A stretch of 64,000 bases of DNA from Candidatus Bilamarchaeum dharawalense (GCA_902386555.1 CABMJJ010000003.1:32939-96938); one strand, 5' to 3'. Shown: positions 20,288 through 30,993, counted from the first letter of the stretch. Numbers and translations: made by a program. Notes: generated by a model from the sequence alone, not told the origin.

Positions 20288-21139
20288 TCAAAACGGACCT
20301 TTTAACAGGGGTAATAGATCTACTTCTGCAACTGGATTTGGAATGGAATTTGTAGTAAAAACCCCATCTGAAATTTTCCTTAATTTGTCCAATGAATCAT
20401 TCAAAAAGAACCCGTGGGTTGCTGCACAAAAAACCTTTTTTGCTCCGCCTTTCTTCACATTTTCCACGGCCTTAATCATGGTACCGCCAGTGGAGATCAT
20501 GTCATCCAGGATAAGAATTGTCTTTCCTTCAACATCGAATTCGCGCTCTACTTTTTGAACAGAACGATAGGCTTCTTCTCCAGATGTGCTGTCATATTGC
20601 CCCCTAACTTTGCTCATGCTTTTTCCACCGAATTCAGAGATAAGATAGTTGGCACCCTGATCCGGAGAGATTATTTCCAGTGGTTCCAATCCGACTTTTT
20701 TTCTAGCATGTTCAACCAACATTTTATTAGCGCTGATATTTTGGATCTTTAGATTGGAGTATTCAGATTCGCCCTCTTTTTTCAAAAAGTGGCAGTCAAC
20801 TGTAACCAACTTAACAGTTCCAAAATCATTCAGGAGCTTACACAGAACCTGGGCAGAGAGAGACTCGCCCATTAGAAATGTTTTGTCCTGCCTTGAGTAG
20901 GGAAGATAGGGAGAAACCAAAGTCACTCTCGCACCAACACGTTTAAGTGTGTGGAGAATCTGGGTGGCATTGAAAATTGCAGTATTCTGCTTTGGATAGA
21001 GGCGATGGAAAAGAGTAACGTCTTCACCCTGGCACTTGTCAATGACATTTATGCGAACATAGCTGTCACCATCAGGAAAAGTTTTGAATTCAATATTTGG
21101 TTCCATTAGGTCTGAGAAATTTGGAGCAATTAGGTACAT
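20288..21139 (-). CDS. prs: Ribose-phosphate pyrophosphokinase
   Basis: FPDGDSYVRI, PYLPYSRQDK, DDMISTGGT; start taken at MYLIAPN. Confidence 0.93.
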   Translation of the reverse strand: MYLIAPNFSDLMEPNIEFKTFPDGDSYVRINVIDKCQGEDVTLFHRLYPKQNTAIFNATQILHTLKRVGARVTLVSPYLPYSRQDKTFLMGESLSAQVLCKLLNDFGTVKLVTVDCHFLKKEGESEYSNLKIQNISANKMLVEHARKKVGLEPLEIISPDQGANYLISEFGGKSMSKVRGQYDSTSGEEAYRSVQKVEREFDVEGKTILILDDMISTGGTMIKAVENVKKGGAKKVFCAATHGFFLNDSLDKLRKISDGVFTTNSIPNPVAEVDLLPLLKGPF

Positions 21140-21189
21140 GGTTAGGATAAGGAAAAAACAATTTAAATATTCAATGTGAATTGAAAAAA

Positions 21190-21705
21190 ATGGCAAAAAT
21201 ACTCATGGTTATTGCTCAGACTGGATTTAGGGATGAAGAACTCCTGGTACCAAAGGAAATGCTTGAGAAAGCCGGGTATACGGTGATGGTGGCCAGTATT
21301 ACACGGTCAAAGGCAACTGGTGCAAGAGGATTGGTCCTCCAACCAGATATGGCAATATTTGAAGCCAACCCAGATTTCTTTGAAGCAGTCATTGTTGTTG
21401 GTGGACCTGGTTCGCCCAGTTTGGCAGGTAGAAAAGATGTAAATGATATCGTTTCCGGAGCAAATGCCAAGGGAAAGGTTATCGGTGGGATTTGTCTTGG
21501 AGTGATGGCAGTGGCAACCTCCGGCATTCTTGCAAATAAATCAGCAACGGTTTTTCCAGATAGACAGGCAGTATTGCTCTTACGAGATAACGGTGCCAGA
21601 TATGTCAACCAACCGGTAGTTGTGGATGGAAAAATCGTGACTGCAGATGGACCTGCCAATGCGGGAAAATTCGGCACTGCGATTCTTGAATTGTTGAAGA
21701 AATAA
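21190..21705 (+). CDS. DJ-1/PfpI family protein
   Basis: GFRDEEL, VVGGPG, GGICLG nucleophile elbow, VVVDGKIVTADGP. Confidence 0.92.
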   Translation: MAKILMVIAQTGFRDEELLVPKEMLEKAGYTVMVASITRSKATGARGLVLQPDMAIFEANPDFFEAVIVVGGPGSPSLAGRKDVNDIVSGANAKGKVIGGICLGVMAVATSGILANKSATVFPDRQAVLLLRDNGARYVNQPVVVDGKIVTADGPANAGKFGTAILELLKK

Positions 21706-21760
21706 ACCGAACTAATAAAAATTGATTATTAGAATTTATTCTGTTTAATCAGGTGGCATT

Positions 21761-21976
21761 ATGATAACCATAAAACATGACGGATGTATCCTTTGTGTTG
21801 GCTGTTCTTCCGTATGTCCGGCCAGTGCAATTGAAGTTGTTGGAACAAGGATGAAACACTTTCCGGAAAAATGTATTGACTGCGGACTTTGTGTGAAAAT
21901 TTGCCCTGCAAATGTGATTTGCATGTATAAAGGGGTAAAAAATCCAAAGGACCTTCCTCCAGAAGCAAGAGGGTGA
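21761..21976 (+). CDS. 2x[4Fe-4S] ferredoxin
   Basis: CILCVGCSSVCP and CIDCGLCVKICP. Confidence 0.93.
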   Translation: MITIKHDGCILCVGCSSVCPASAIEVVGTRMKHFPEKCIDCGLCVKICPANVICMYKGVKNPKDLPPEARG

Positions 21977-21981
21977 GTTTT

Positions 21982-23211
21982 ATGACCAAAAACGATCATG
22001 ATGTTATTGTAATAGGCGGGGGACCAGCAGGTGCAACATTTGCACGTTTGGCAGCTCAGGGCGGGATGGATGTCCTAGTTATTGATAAGAGAAAGGAAAT
22101 CGGTGTTCCGGTCAGATGTGGTGAGGGGCTCGGTGTTGGCGAACTGGTAAAACAGGGACTGGATATTCCAAAAAGATGCTATTCCACTCAGGTGGAAGGA
22201 TCCAAAGTAGTTGGACCAAATGGTAGGGAGATAATCTGGAAAACAGATGACACCAAAGGATGGATACTGGAAAGAAAAATATTTGATAAATGGCTTTGCG
22301 AACTGGCAGTTGAAAAAGGGGCAAAGGTAAAAACCTACACACGAGCAGTTGAGGTTCTCAAAGACGGAAAGGGGAAACCAACTGGGGTGAAAATTAGCCA
22401 TGGTGGAAGAGAATCATATGATGTTCATGCACCGCTTATTGTCTCTGCTGAAGGAATGGAATCCATGATGGCAAGGCAGATGGGTTTCAAAACAGTTCAT
22501 TCACTTTATGACGTAGATACCTGCTATGAATATGAGATGAAACCCTACGATCATGAAAATTTGATTGAATTATATTTTGGCAACAAAATTGCACCACGAG
22601 GCTATGTTTGGATTTTCCCTAAGGCTGATAAAAAAGCAAATGTGGGAATCGGCATTGGTGGGAATGTTGTCAATGGAAAAAAACTTGGAGGTGTGGATGG
22701 AGCTGCACCGAAGGTTTTGCTTGATGAATTCATAAAGAATAATGATCAGCTCAAGGATGCAAGTACGCTTCTGGATTTTGGTGGAGTCATTTCAGTTGGC
22801 GCACCGATCAATGAATTTGTACAGGATAATTGCATGGTAATTGGAACTGCAGCAAAGCAGGTCGATCCGATTCATGGCGGTGGAATTGGCCTTGCCATGG
22901 AATGCGGGGTTATGGCTGCCGCTGTTGCCATAAAAGCCCATGAGAAAAAAGATTATAGCAAGAAAATGCTCATGGAATATGACAAAGTCTGGAGAGCAGA
23001 ACCAGGTAAGGTTGTTGCTGAAAGATTATTGCTTAGGAAAGTCATTGAAAAAGTCAGCGATGATGATTTTAATCATATTTTCAACACACTTACCGACCAT
23101 GATTTGAAAGCCATAATGGATGGGAAGTTTGCTGGGCCTGTGACTAAGGTTCTTGCAGGAAGACCTCAGCTAATTGGTATTCTGAGTGCATTGATACCTG
23201 GAAAGAAATGA
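21982..23211 (+). CDS. Geranylgeranyl reductase family (digeranylgeranylglycerophospholipid reductase-like)
   Basis: GGGPAG FAD motif, PVRCGEG, APRGYVWIFPK, GTAAKQVDPIHGGGI. Confidence 0.9.
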   Translation: MTKNDHDVIVIGGGPAGATFARLAAQGGMDVLVIDKRKEIGVPVRCGEGLGVGELVKQGLDIPKRCYSTQVEGSKVVGPNGREIIWKTDDTKGWILERKIFDKWLCELAVEKGAKVKTYTRAVEVLKDGKGKPTGVKISHGGRESYDVHAPLIVSAEGMESMMARQMGFKTVHSLYDVDTCYEYEMKPYDHENLIELYFGNKIAPRGYVWIFPKADKKANVGIGIGGNVVNGKKLGGVDGAAPKVLLDEFIKNNDQLKDASTLLDFGGVISVGAPINEFVQDNCMVIGTAAKQVDPIHGGGIGLAMECGVMAAAVAIKAHEKKDYSKKMLMEYDKVWRAEPGKVVAERLLLRKVIEKVSDDDFNHIFNTLTDHDLKAIMDGKFAGPVTKVLAGRPQLIGILSALIPGKK

Positions 23212-23841
23212 TTATCCTTCGCCTTCCTTAAACTCAAATGACTGAGGTGGAGGAGTTAACTTAGACAACATAATCAGATCGTTTTCTTTTAGTGTTATCT
23301 CTACAGGTAGTTGTGTTTTACCAGTTGAAAATACCTGAGTAAGTTTGGTTGAAAAATTAGCTAGAAGTTCTGCATCAATATCTTTTAGAGTGAGGGATTT
23401 GCCTCGGACTTCTGGATTGGAAAGAGCAACAAGATCCGAAACAACCGAATCACGAACTGGTTTGAAAAATTCTCTTAATGAGGCATGAAGTTCTTTAAGA
23501 TTAAACTCAATACGATTGCCCTTATGAAAACAGGCTGGATCACCAGTAGCGCGATAATATTTGGCTATGACAGTGTCCGGATTATCTCTTACATATTCAT
23601 CAAGAACGGCATTAAGATCAACATCCTGACCGGTTTTAGTTATTTCAGTTACCATTTTTCTAAGAGTGTCCATTTCTGATTTCGGTGGAGGTTGGCTGTA
23701 CTGCTCTTTAATTAATTTAGCCAATGCAAGATCGAAACCCACCTCAGCTCTTCTTTGAGTCTCCCTCTCACCTATTCTCGGGATAGTAACGTCTGCTTCT
23801 GCTTCCTTTCGCGGTTTTTTAAAGCCTGGTGGTTGTGCCAT
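23212..23841 (-). CDS. Hypothetical protein
   Basis: 209-aa ORF filling the gap between genes. Confidence 0.7.
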   Translation of the reverse strand: MAQPPGFKKPRKEAEADVTIPRIGERETQRRAEVGFDLALAKLIKEQYSQPPPKSEMDTLRKMVTEITKTGQDVDLNAVLDEYVRDNPDTVIAKYYRATGDPACFHKGNRIEFNLKELHASLREFFKPVRDSVVSDLVALSNPEVRGKSLTLKDIDAELLANFSTKLTQVFSTGKTQLPVEITLKENDLIMLSKLTPPPQSFEFKEGEG

Positions 23842-23863
23842 GGATTAGAATTAGTAAAATAGA

Positions 23864-24427
23864 CTAATAAACCTTCCAACCAGCAAACGGATCAGTGAGA
23901 TTTAGTCGCCAGTTGTTTCCATTTAACGAAGTGATAGTAAGAATATTATCGGAAATATCGGCCGTTCTAATCCCGCCATCTTCGAGAATTGGCTTGAGTT
24001 TCACTTGATAGGAATTGGCAGCAACAAAACGTCCTCCGATAACTCCAATGGAGGGGTTGCCTTCCAATATTTTTAAAGCGCCCAAGGCGACCACAATAAA
24101 ATTATTGTCAAAAATTACAGTAAAATCATCAGAGCAGGATATGCTTTGTGGTTTGAAAACAGTGGCATCAAGCTTGGTTTCACCATTTAGATTGCCCTTT
24201 GTTTGAGCATAGGTTACATATCCACCAGAATAGGTGCAAATGCCATCTTTCCAAAAACTCATAACATGATCTTCGTGAAGAGGTGCACCAACCTGAGCAG
24301 AAACTCGTGGTGGTACTCTAGCATCAGACTTTAGACCATTGGCAAGAACGCCACAACCATGGAGTGCAAGAACAACTGAGGCTGCGAGTACAAATTTGTT
24401 AGGTTGGGAAAATTGCAATCCACGCAT
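23864..24427 (-). CDS. Hypothetical exported protein
   Basis: N-terminal hydrophobic FVLAASVVLAL; beta-rich body. Confidence 0.7.
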   Translation of the reverse strand: MRGLQFSQPNKFVLAASVVLALHGCGVLANGLKSDARVPPRVSAQVGAPLHEDHVMSFWKDGICTYSGGYVTYAQTKGNLNGETKLDATVFKPQSISCSDDFTVIFDNNFIVVALGALKILEGNPSIGVIGGRFVAANSYQVKLKPILEDGGIRTADISDNILTITSLNGNNWRLNLTDPFAGWKVY

Positions 24428-24530
24428 TAAACCACATTAGTAGTTAAACTGAAACAGTTTAAAATAGTTCCGAATGATGGATTTACATTATTAAACATAT
24501 TTATAAACATAATGTACTACATATACTCAC

Positions 24531-25349
24531 ATGAGAAGGCTAGGCGCTGCAGTTTTATTGGTTTCATTGACAGTAGCAACGCCTAATTGTGCTTACGCAA
24601 ACAGAACTGCTTTTCAGGATCCGCACTCATCAAAAACTCCTTTGGTTTCTATTTACAAGGATGATGACCAAGTAAGTGCAAACTATAATAGACAGGTAGC
24701 TAAACCAGCACCTCCGGTTGTGAGATCATCACAGAGAATTGAAAATAGATGTAGATATGACGATCAGAACGGAGCAATAATTACACCAAATGGACAGAGA
24801 GTGGAGTTGGATGCATTTGGAATTGGAGGAAAGGTCATAGACCATGCCTCAGGAAAAGACGGGGTTACTCTACTAACCCAGGACAACATTTTGTTATTGG
24901 TCTATTGTGAGGATACGATGGACGCTGGAGCAGTTGGATCAGTCTCGATGAGGGTAACATTTAGAGAAAGAGGAGTAAAAACAGGTAAAGTAATAAACGA
25001 ACATGAAATTATTGCGATTTTTACTAATGGAGATGTGGCAAAGGTAACTCTTGATCCAGAAACCAGAACGGCTGTATCAGACAATATCCATATATTTCAA
25101 TCAGATATTAAAAAAGAGCAGAACCCACGAGTGGAAGTTTACGATAGTACGCACTTCTTGCTTGTGCTACCATCTAGCAAAAAAGCAGTTGTGTTGAGAA
25201 TGACAGATGAGAGCACAACACAAACCACACTTTCCTTAGCTGGATCTTTTGGGGGTAAAAGCAGCATAAATAAGATAGATGGAGCATTTCAGATACGATT
25301 TGACGATGGTTCAATTCAAACAATAAGAGTAGCGATGGAGGGGAAGTAG
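24531..25349 (+). CDS. Hypothetical exported protein
   Basis: MRRLGAAVLLVSLTVA signal; TTTATAAA upstream. Confidence 0.75.
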   Translation: MRRLGAAVLLVSLTVATPNCAYANRTAFQDPHSSKTPLVSIYKDDDQVSANYNRQVAKPAPPVVRSSQRIENRCRYDDQNGAIITPNGQRVELDAFGIGGKVIDHASGKDGVTLLTQDNILLLVYCEDTMDAGAVGSVSMRVTFRERGVKTGKVINEHEIIAIFTNGDVAKVTLDPETRTAVSDNIHIFQSDIKKEQNPRVEVYDSTHFLLVLPSSKKAVVLRMTDESTTQTTLSLAGSFGGKSSINKIDGAFQIRFDDGSIQTIRVAMEGK

Positions 25350-25394
25350 ATTTTTATATAGTAGGTGATAAAAAATCAATATTGAGGTGTAGAT

Positions 25395-25850
25395 ATGGCC
25401 CAATCAGTACCGAAAGAGAGAAGAGGAGAGGAAGTTGGTGTACAGTACGCTGCTGTTTTGCCTGGTGGAAGGGTATTAACATTAACAATGACCCCAGAGG
25501 CTGAAAGAATGTTGATGGCCTCTATGTATCAAGCAAAGAGCGGACGCACATTGGAAAAAGACCCACAGCTTGGGAAAACAGCTGATGGGAGACCATTGAT
25601 CCAGGCTCAATTTGCAATGAGCATATTGCAGAACCTTGCAAGACACAATACTAGCGAGGGGGAGGTTCCTGTGAGACTCACTGGCAGGGATGAACCATTA
25701 ATGGTCACAGTTAGAGTAACAAATCCCAAAGGCCAGATGGTTAACCCAACGAATATTGCAGCAGTAAGAGATGAGATGCAAACGGATATTGGTAAGCAAG
25801 AAGACAAAAGGTCTTACGGATACCAAGCAAAACGCGTTGAAAAATCCTAG
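25395..25850 (+). CDS. Hypothetical protein
   Basis: GAGGTG RBS, 151 aa. Confidence 0.7.
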   Translation: MAQSVPKERRGEEVGVQYAAVLPGGRVLTLTMTPEAERMLMASMYQAKSGRTLEKDPQLGKTADGRPLIQAQFAMSILQNLARHNTSEGEVPVRLTGRDEPLMVTVRVTNPKGQMVNPTNIAAVRDEMQTDIGKQEDKRSYGYQAKRVEKS

Positions 25851-25941
25851 ATTTATTTTTTCTGTTTGAAAAGTATGCGGAACTTCTTCCGCATCTTATT
25901 TTTAATTATATCCACCCTAGTTTACCTAAAAGGGGAGTACG

Positions 25942-27549
25942 ATGGATTCTTTTACTTCAGAAGAGAAAGCACTATTAGAAAATTTCGTTTCGAATACTTC
26001 TAGCAGCGTATTTGTACTGAAAAATCTTCCTGAAGTTGTAAAAGGTGCTTTATTTTCACGATATAGCCGAAGCGCCAAATCACTGCGCCGAGTACTGCTT
26101 GATGAATTTATGCTCGCACCGGAAATTGGCCTTGGGGAAGGTCTGGAAGTTTTACAAAAAAAACAACAAGACCCAGTGCAAACAAGGAAGGCAGAGGAAT
26201 TTTACGAAAGAGTGTTGGTTGGCTATGGCGATGACTCTGTGGCTGAACTAGCAGGAGCGCATATTGCAATGGAAGATATCTCCATTCTTGCAACAAAGAT
26301 AGTTGAGGATGCGAGAATAGGTTTGTCACCGCTTGAGAAATCAACACGGTACGTTTATTTTGATACAAAAAAAGACGGAAGATGGATGTATCTTCAAGAG
26401 AAAACTTTGATGGGTTCGGAATTTGCAGAACTCTATCAAGAAAGCTGCGACTTTTGTTTTGAAACCTATGCTGACCTTATCCCGAAGGTATCCGAATGGG
26501 TGATGAAAAAATCACCAAAAGACAAGGACACTACGGATCGTGCTTACAAATCAACAATACGAGCAAAGACCTGCGATTTACTTAGAGGGCTATTACCTGC
26601 ATCAACATTGACAAACATGGGTTTCTTTGGTGATGGTAGGGCCTATGAATATCTCTTAACGAAGATGTTTGGTGATGATCTGGCAGAGGTAAAGGACCTG
26701 GCTACTATGATGCAAACAGAACTTGCAGAGATCATACCATCATTTGTAAAAAGATCAAATGGCGAATTTGGTATTCTAATGCAGAATTACCTTAAAAAAG
26801 TAGCAGAGGATACTGATGCTTTGGCTAGCAGATATGCCGGTGCAAGTGGCGGTGAGGGAGTTACCCTAGTTGAATATGATAAAGATGCTGAAAGAAAGAT
26901 TGTTGTTTCGATTCTCTACCCACATTTACAAAAACCAATGGATGAAATTGGAAAAATCGTAGAAAAAATGACAAAAGAAGAAAAAGAAAAAATAATCAAA
27001 CTATATATTGGTGAAAGACAAAATCGCAGGCACAAACCAGGAAGAGCATTCGAACATGTTTTCTATACCTTTGATGTTTGTGGAAATTATGGCGCCTATC
27101 GGGATCTTCATCGTCATAGAATTCTAACCCAACAACGCCAGCCCCTAACCCCATTTCTTGGTTATAAAATACCGCATGAAATTGTTGAGGCAGGTTTTGA
27201 AAAAGAATTCAAAGCAGTTATGGATAGATCAAAGGAAGCCTATGGGAAGATTGTAAAAAAATATCCGAAAGAAGCACAGTACGTTGTTCCGCTTGCCTAC
27301 AATATAAGATGGTATATGAGATTCAATGTAAGAGAGGCATATCATTTGCTTGAATTGAGAAGTTCAATGCAGGGGCATAGAGATTATCGTGAAATAGCCC
27401 AACAAATGTTCAAAGAAATTGAAAGGGTCCATCCGCTTTTGGCATCTGGGATGAAATTCATGGATATGAAGGAATATGAATTTGAACGTCTGGAAGCAGA
27501 AAAAAGAATAGATATTAGATTAGAGGAGATTGCGAAAAAATATGGCTAG
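25942..27549 (+). CDS. thyX: FAD-dependent thymidylate synthase, long two-domain form
   Basis: GALFSRYSRS, YGDDSVAELAG, EKSTRY, RDLHRHR, ELRSSMQGHRDYR. Confidence 0.92.
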   Translation: MDSFTSEEKALLENFVSNTSSSVFVLKNLPEVVKGALFSRYSRSAKSLRRVLLDEFMLAPEIGLGEGLEVLQKKQQDPVQTRKAEEFYERVLVGYGDDSVAELAGAHIAMEDISILATKIVEDARIGLSPLEKSTRYVYFDTKKDGRWMYLQEKTLMGSEFAELYQESCDFCFETYADLIPKVSEWVMKKSPKDKDTTDRAYKSTIRAKTCDLLRGLLPASTLTNMGFFGDGRAYEYLLTKMFGDDLAEVKDLATMMQTELAEIIPSFVKRSNGEFGILMQNYLKKVAEDTDALASRYAGASGGEGVTLVEYDKDAERKIVVSILYPHLQKPMDEIGKIVEKMTKEEKEKIIKLYIGERQNRRHKPGRAFEHVFYTFDVCGNYGAYRDLHRHRILTQQRQPLTPFLGYKIPHEIVEAGFEKEFKAVMDRSKEAYGKIVKKYPKEAQYVVPLAYNIRWYMRFNVREAYHLLELRSSMQGHRDYREIAQQMFKEIERVHPLLASGMKFMDMKEYEFERLEAEKRIDIRLEEIAKKYG

Positions 27550-28441
27550 CATCTACATAACTGGCGCAAGCGGTAGATTGGGAAGTGCGGTTTTCCCAAA
27601 GGTACATGCCATACCGCTTGTCCTTTACCCAAGTGGCTTGAAAAACGAGATTGTAACGGATTTTTCAGAAGGGGAACTGAAGAAAATTCTAAATGATGCA
27701 AAAATTATTATACACATTGCCGGATCCGTGGATACCTTCGACAGGAAAAAACTCCAGAATGGAAATGTCGAACTTACTAGAAAAATAGTTCAGGCCGCAC
27801 CAAAAAATAGCAGAATAATATTTGCCAGTTCAATCTCAGTTTATGGAAAACAACTAAATGAAAATCCTGCCAATGAAAATACAGTTGCAATGCCAGATTC
27901 GGATTATTCAAAAACAAAACTTGAAGCAGAAAAACTAGTTGCACAACATCCGGATCATGTTATTCTTAGAATAGGAACCGTCTATGGCCCGCAATTTTCG
28001 GATTATCAGAAAATTTTATCTAAGATAAAAAAAGGCAAAATGAAGATAGTGGGTAATGGTGAAAACCATGTTCCGTTTGTTCATGCGGATGATGTTGCCG
28101 AGGTTTTCAAAAAAGCCGTAGAAAAAGGCAGTGGAACCTATGTTGTTACCGGTGAAGCACTCACCCAAAATGAGATTTACAAAATTGCAGCAAACGCACT
28201 GCAAGTAGAACCACCAGGGAAACATGTTTCCATTGCACTAACCATGTTCATGGCTGGCCTGGGTGAGTTCTGGTACAAACTAACAGGTAAGAGACCATCT
28301 CTGAGCAAAGAGCATATTAGTGTATTGGCCTATGACCGAGTTTTCGACTGTTCAAAAGCAAAAAAAGAGCTTGGATTCAAACCAAGAACATTAAAAAAAG
28401 GCATAGAAGAAATCGTCAGCACTCTGGGTAGCCAATTATAA
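27542..28441 (+). CDS. NAD-dependent epimerase/dehydratase (extended SDR)
   Basis: TGASGRLG, SSISVYG, YSKTK (YxxxK). Confidence 0.9.
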   Translation: MASIYITGASGRLGSAVFPKVHAIPLVLYPSGLKNEIVTDFSEGELKKILNDAKIIIHIAGSVDTFDRKKLQNGNVELTRKIVQAAPKNSRIIFASSISVYGKQLNENPANENTVAMPDSDYSKTKLEAEKLVAQHPDHVILRIGTVYGPQFSDYQKILSKIKKGKMKIVGNGENHVPFVHADDVAEVFKKAVEKGSGTYVVTGEALTQNEIYKIAANALQVEPPGKHVSIALTMFMAGLGEFWYKLTGKRPSLSKEHISVLAYDRVFDCSKAKKELGFKPRTLKKGIEEIVSTLGSQL

Positions 28442-28454
28442 AACTTATCTTGGA

Positions 28455-29201
28455 ATGATTGTCATGAAAAGAGCAATATTGGCTTTGCTTATTTTATCAA
28501 TGGTAGTGTTTTCTTCATTCGATCAAACCTATACACAGAAAATGAGCAGAAATGGAGAATCGACAATTGAAAAAACGGCAGATATGTCTATTTTTGCAGG
28601 ACAGCTTAGCGAAAACGCTTTCAAAAAAATGGATGAATATTGTAGAGGTACTTTAGACGTAGAATGCAAAGTTGATGTTGAAAAAAAGGTAGTAACCATA
28701 ACAGAAAAGTTTTCGCCTAATTTCTACTATCGTCTTACTGGTGATTATGGCATTCCCTATACCACCTATACTCTGACAATAGATAGGGTACCAACAGATA
28801 AATTCAGTGAAACACTGGAAAAAATATTGGTGGCCATTGGAGAGGGTACAACCACCAGTCAACCCATACCACCCCTGGACCTTTTGGATAAAACCAACAA
28901 CCAGGCAAATGTGGAGACTCTTAGGATACTGGGTGTAAGTCTTGATTATGTGGTAGAGATGCCATCCCAAATAGATAGTGCAGCTGCAGGTAAAGTACCA
29001 GGTATTATTGAGGGAAATACAGTAAGATTTAACATGGTGGATGTTCTTGGTGAATCAGAACCCATGATTGTTACCAGTAGAGAGATGAATTATGGATACC
29101 TGGTTGCAATTCTGGGTGCCGTGGTGCTTATTGCTCTGGCTTATATGTTCATGGTCTCTTCAAGGCCACGAGCATCAAAAAAAGGTACTATTAAAAAATA
29201 A
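28455..29201 (+). CDS. Exported protein with C-terminal membrane anchor
   Basis: N-terminal signal; C-terminal TM helix followed by a basic tail. Confidence 0.75.
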   Translation: MIVMKRAILALLILSMVVFSSFDQTYTQKMSRNGESTIEKTADMSIFAGQLSENAFKKMDEYCRGTLDVECKVDVEKKVVTITEKFSPNFYYRLTGDYGIPYTTYTLTIDRVPTDKFSETLEKILVAIGEGTTTSQPIPPLDLLDKTNNQANVETLRILGVSLDYVVEMPSQIDSAAAGKVPGIIEGNTVRFNMVDVLGESEPMIVTSREMNYGYLVAILGAVVLIALAYMFMVSSRPRASKKGTIKK

Positions 29202-29266
29202 AAATACCTGAATTAGTTTTCGTTAATACTAAATTTTTAGATAGAATTACTTGAGGTTATAGCAAG

Positions 29267-29334
29267 ATGAGGTGAAAAAATGCAGATGCATTTTTTCTTT
29301 ATAAAAATCGGAATTTTTATGAGGTGAAAAAATG
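29267..29334 (+). promoter_or_regulatory. Repeated leader element with duplicated RBS/start, hairpin and uORF (29280-29327, [15 protein letters not shown])
   Basis: 16-nt direct repeat ATGAGGTGAAAAAATG at 29267 and 29319; near-identical element at 46496-46609. Confidence 0.65.
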
Positions 29335-30372
29335 TCAGGGATTGTTGGTTACGGTGCTTATGTTCCCATTTACAGAATAAAAAGCGCAGATATCGCAAAA
29401 GTCTGGGGCGAGGACAGTGACAGAATAGAGAAAGGCCTTGGAATAATAGAGAAGGCAGCAGGCGGAGTGGATGAGGATACTGCCACAATTGCCGTAGAAG
29501 CTGCAAGAAACGCGCTATTACGGGCAGGCATAGTAGCCACAAAACTAGGTGCACTTTACGTTGGGAGCGAATCCCACCCATATGCAGTCAAACCAACTGG
29601 AACAGTGGTTGCTGAGGCAATAGGCGCAACACCAAACCTTACCTGTGCTGATCTTGAATTTGCATGCAAAGCCGGAACCGCAGGCATACAAATGGCAATG
29701 GGAATGGTAGATTCCGGAATGATTCAATATGGTATGGCAATAGGTGCAGACACGGCCCAGGGTCGTCCAGGAGATGCATTGGAATATTCTGCAGCATCGG
29801 GTGGAGCGGCATTTATCATTGGTCCTAATAAGGAATCTGCAGTGCTAATCGAATCGACTTTTTCCTACACAACAGACACTCCAGATTTCTGGAGAAGACA
29901 ACATGCAGATTACCCTTCCCACGGTGGTAGATTCACAGGAAAACCAGCATATTTCAAACATGTAAGTGCAGCTACAAAAGGTCTTTTGGAAAAAACAGGA
30001 ACAACAATAGCAGACTATGATTATGTTGTTTTCCACCAGCCAAATGGAAGGTTTCCACTGGAAGCTGGAAAACAGTTTGGTGTTCCAATAGAAAAGATGA
30101 AAACAGGATTACTTACACCATTGATCGGAAATACTTATTCTGGTGCTTCCATGCTTGGACTTTCCGCAGTATTGGATGAAGCAAAACCTGGAAAGAGAAT
30201 TTTAGTTACATCCTACGGATCTGGTGCTGGTAGTGACTCCTTTGCCATGACGGTGACTGATAAAATTGAAGATATAAGAAATAGGGCTCCAAAAACAAAG
30301 GATTACATTGACAAGAAAAAATACATTGACTATGCAACCTATATCAAATTTAGAAAAAAGATTAAGGATTAG
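29332..30372 (+). CDS. Archaeal hydroxymethylglutaryl-CoA synthase
   Basis: [44 protein letters not shown]. Confidence 0.95.
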   Translation: MSGIVGYGAYVPIYRIKSADIAKVWGEDSDRIEKGLGIIEKAAGGVDEDTATIAVEAARNALLRAGIVATKLGALYVGSESHPYAVKPTGTVVAEAIGATPNLTCADLEFACKAGTAGIQMAMGMVDSGMIQYGMAIGADTAQGRPGDALEYSAASGGAAFIIGPNKESAVLIESTFSYTTDTPDFWRRQHADYPSHGGRFTGKPAYFKHVSAATKGLLEKTGTTIADYDYVVFHQPNGRFPLEAGKQFGVPIEKMKTGLLTPLIGNTYSGASMLGLSAVLDEAKPGKRILVTSYGSGAGSDSFAMTVTDKIEDIRNRAPKTKDYIDKKKYIDYATYIKFRKKIKD

Positions 30373-30914
30373 ATGGTCTTGAACAGATCGGCCTTTGTAA
30401 TTATTCCTTTTATTATTCCATTTTTTTCTACCAACACTGCAGAATAGTGTTTTAACAGTTCGATAACAACATCAGATGAAGAACTAGATGGCACGGATGG
30501 AAAACAATCGCCCATAACGTCAGAAACGTGAGCCTCCTGGAGATTGATCTTACTGTCTGATAAAATAGAAACAATAATACTATCAATCATGCTCCCCACA
30601 CATTTACCGTGATCTAGAACAGGTAATTGGGAAATATTTCTAGAACGCATTAGAGTGATTACCCTGGTAAGTTTATCAGAGGGATGTACAAAAATGATGG
30701 GGGAGGACATAATTTGTTCTGTGGATTTCTTATCTCTTTTCTGCTCTATTTCAAGAGCAGATAGTATTTGGACTACTTTCGAGTAGGCGGGATCGATCTT
30801 GCCGGATTCGATCTTTGCTATCAATGATTGCGAAACCCCTGCCAACTTTGCAAGTTGCTTTTGTGTGAATCCGATCTGTTTTCTTAATTTACCTATACTT
30901 CTTACATCAAACAA
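30369..30914 (-). CDS. XRE-type HTH plus CBS-pair transcriptional regulator
   Basis: [39 protein letters not shown] start with GAGGT RBS. Confidence 0.92.
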   Translation of the reverse strand: MFDVRSIGKLRKQIGFTQKQLAKLAGVSQSLIAKIESGKIDPAYSKVVQILSALEIEQKRDKKSTEQIMSSPIIFVHPSDKLTRVITLMRSRNISQLPVLDHGKCVGSMIDSIIVSILSDSKINLQEAHVSDVMGDCFPSVPSSSSSDVVIELLKHYSAVLVEKNGIIKGIITKADLFKTI

Positions 30915-30993
30915 ACGATTACCTCTAAGAAAATTCCAAACGGAATATTTTATTCATAAATATATAAATATAGGAATATTTTTAATCAGATCT

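Noticed and set aside
25942..27549. Double-length ThyX as novel
   Set aside because: Two-domain ThyX proteins are already known
30799..30993. Long N-terminal extension of the DUF62 ORF
   Set aside because: It overlaps the divergent HTH-CBS gene and the AT-rich promoter; ATG 30994 is preferred
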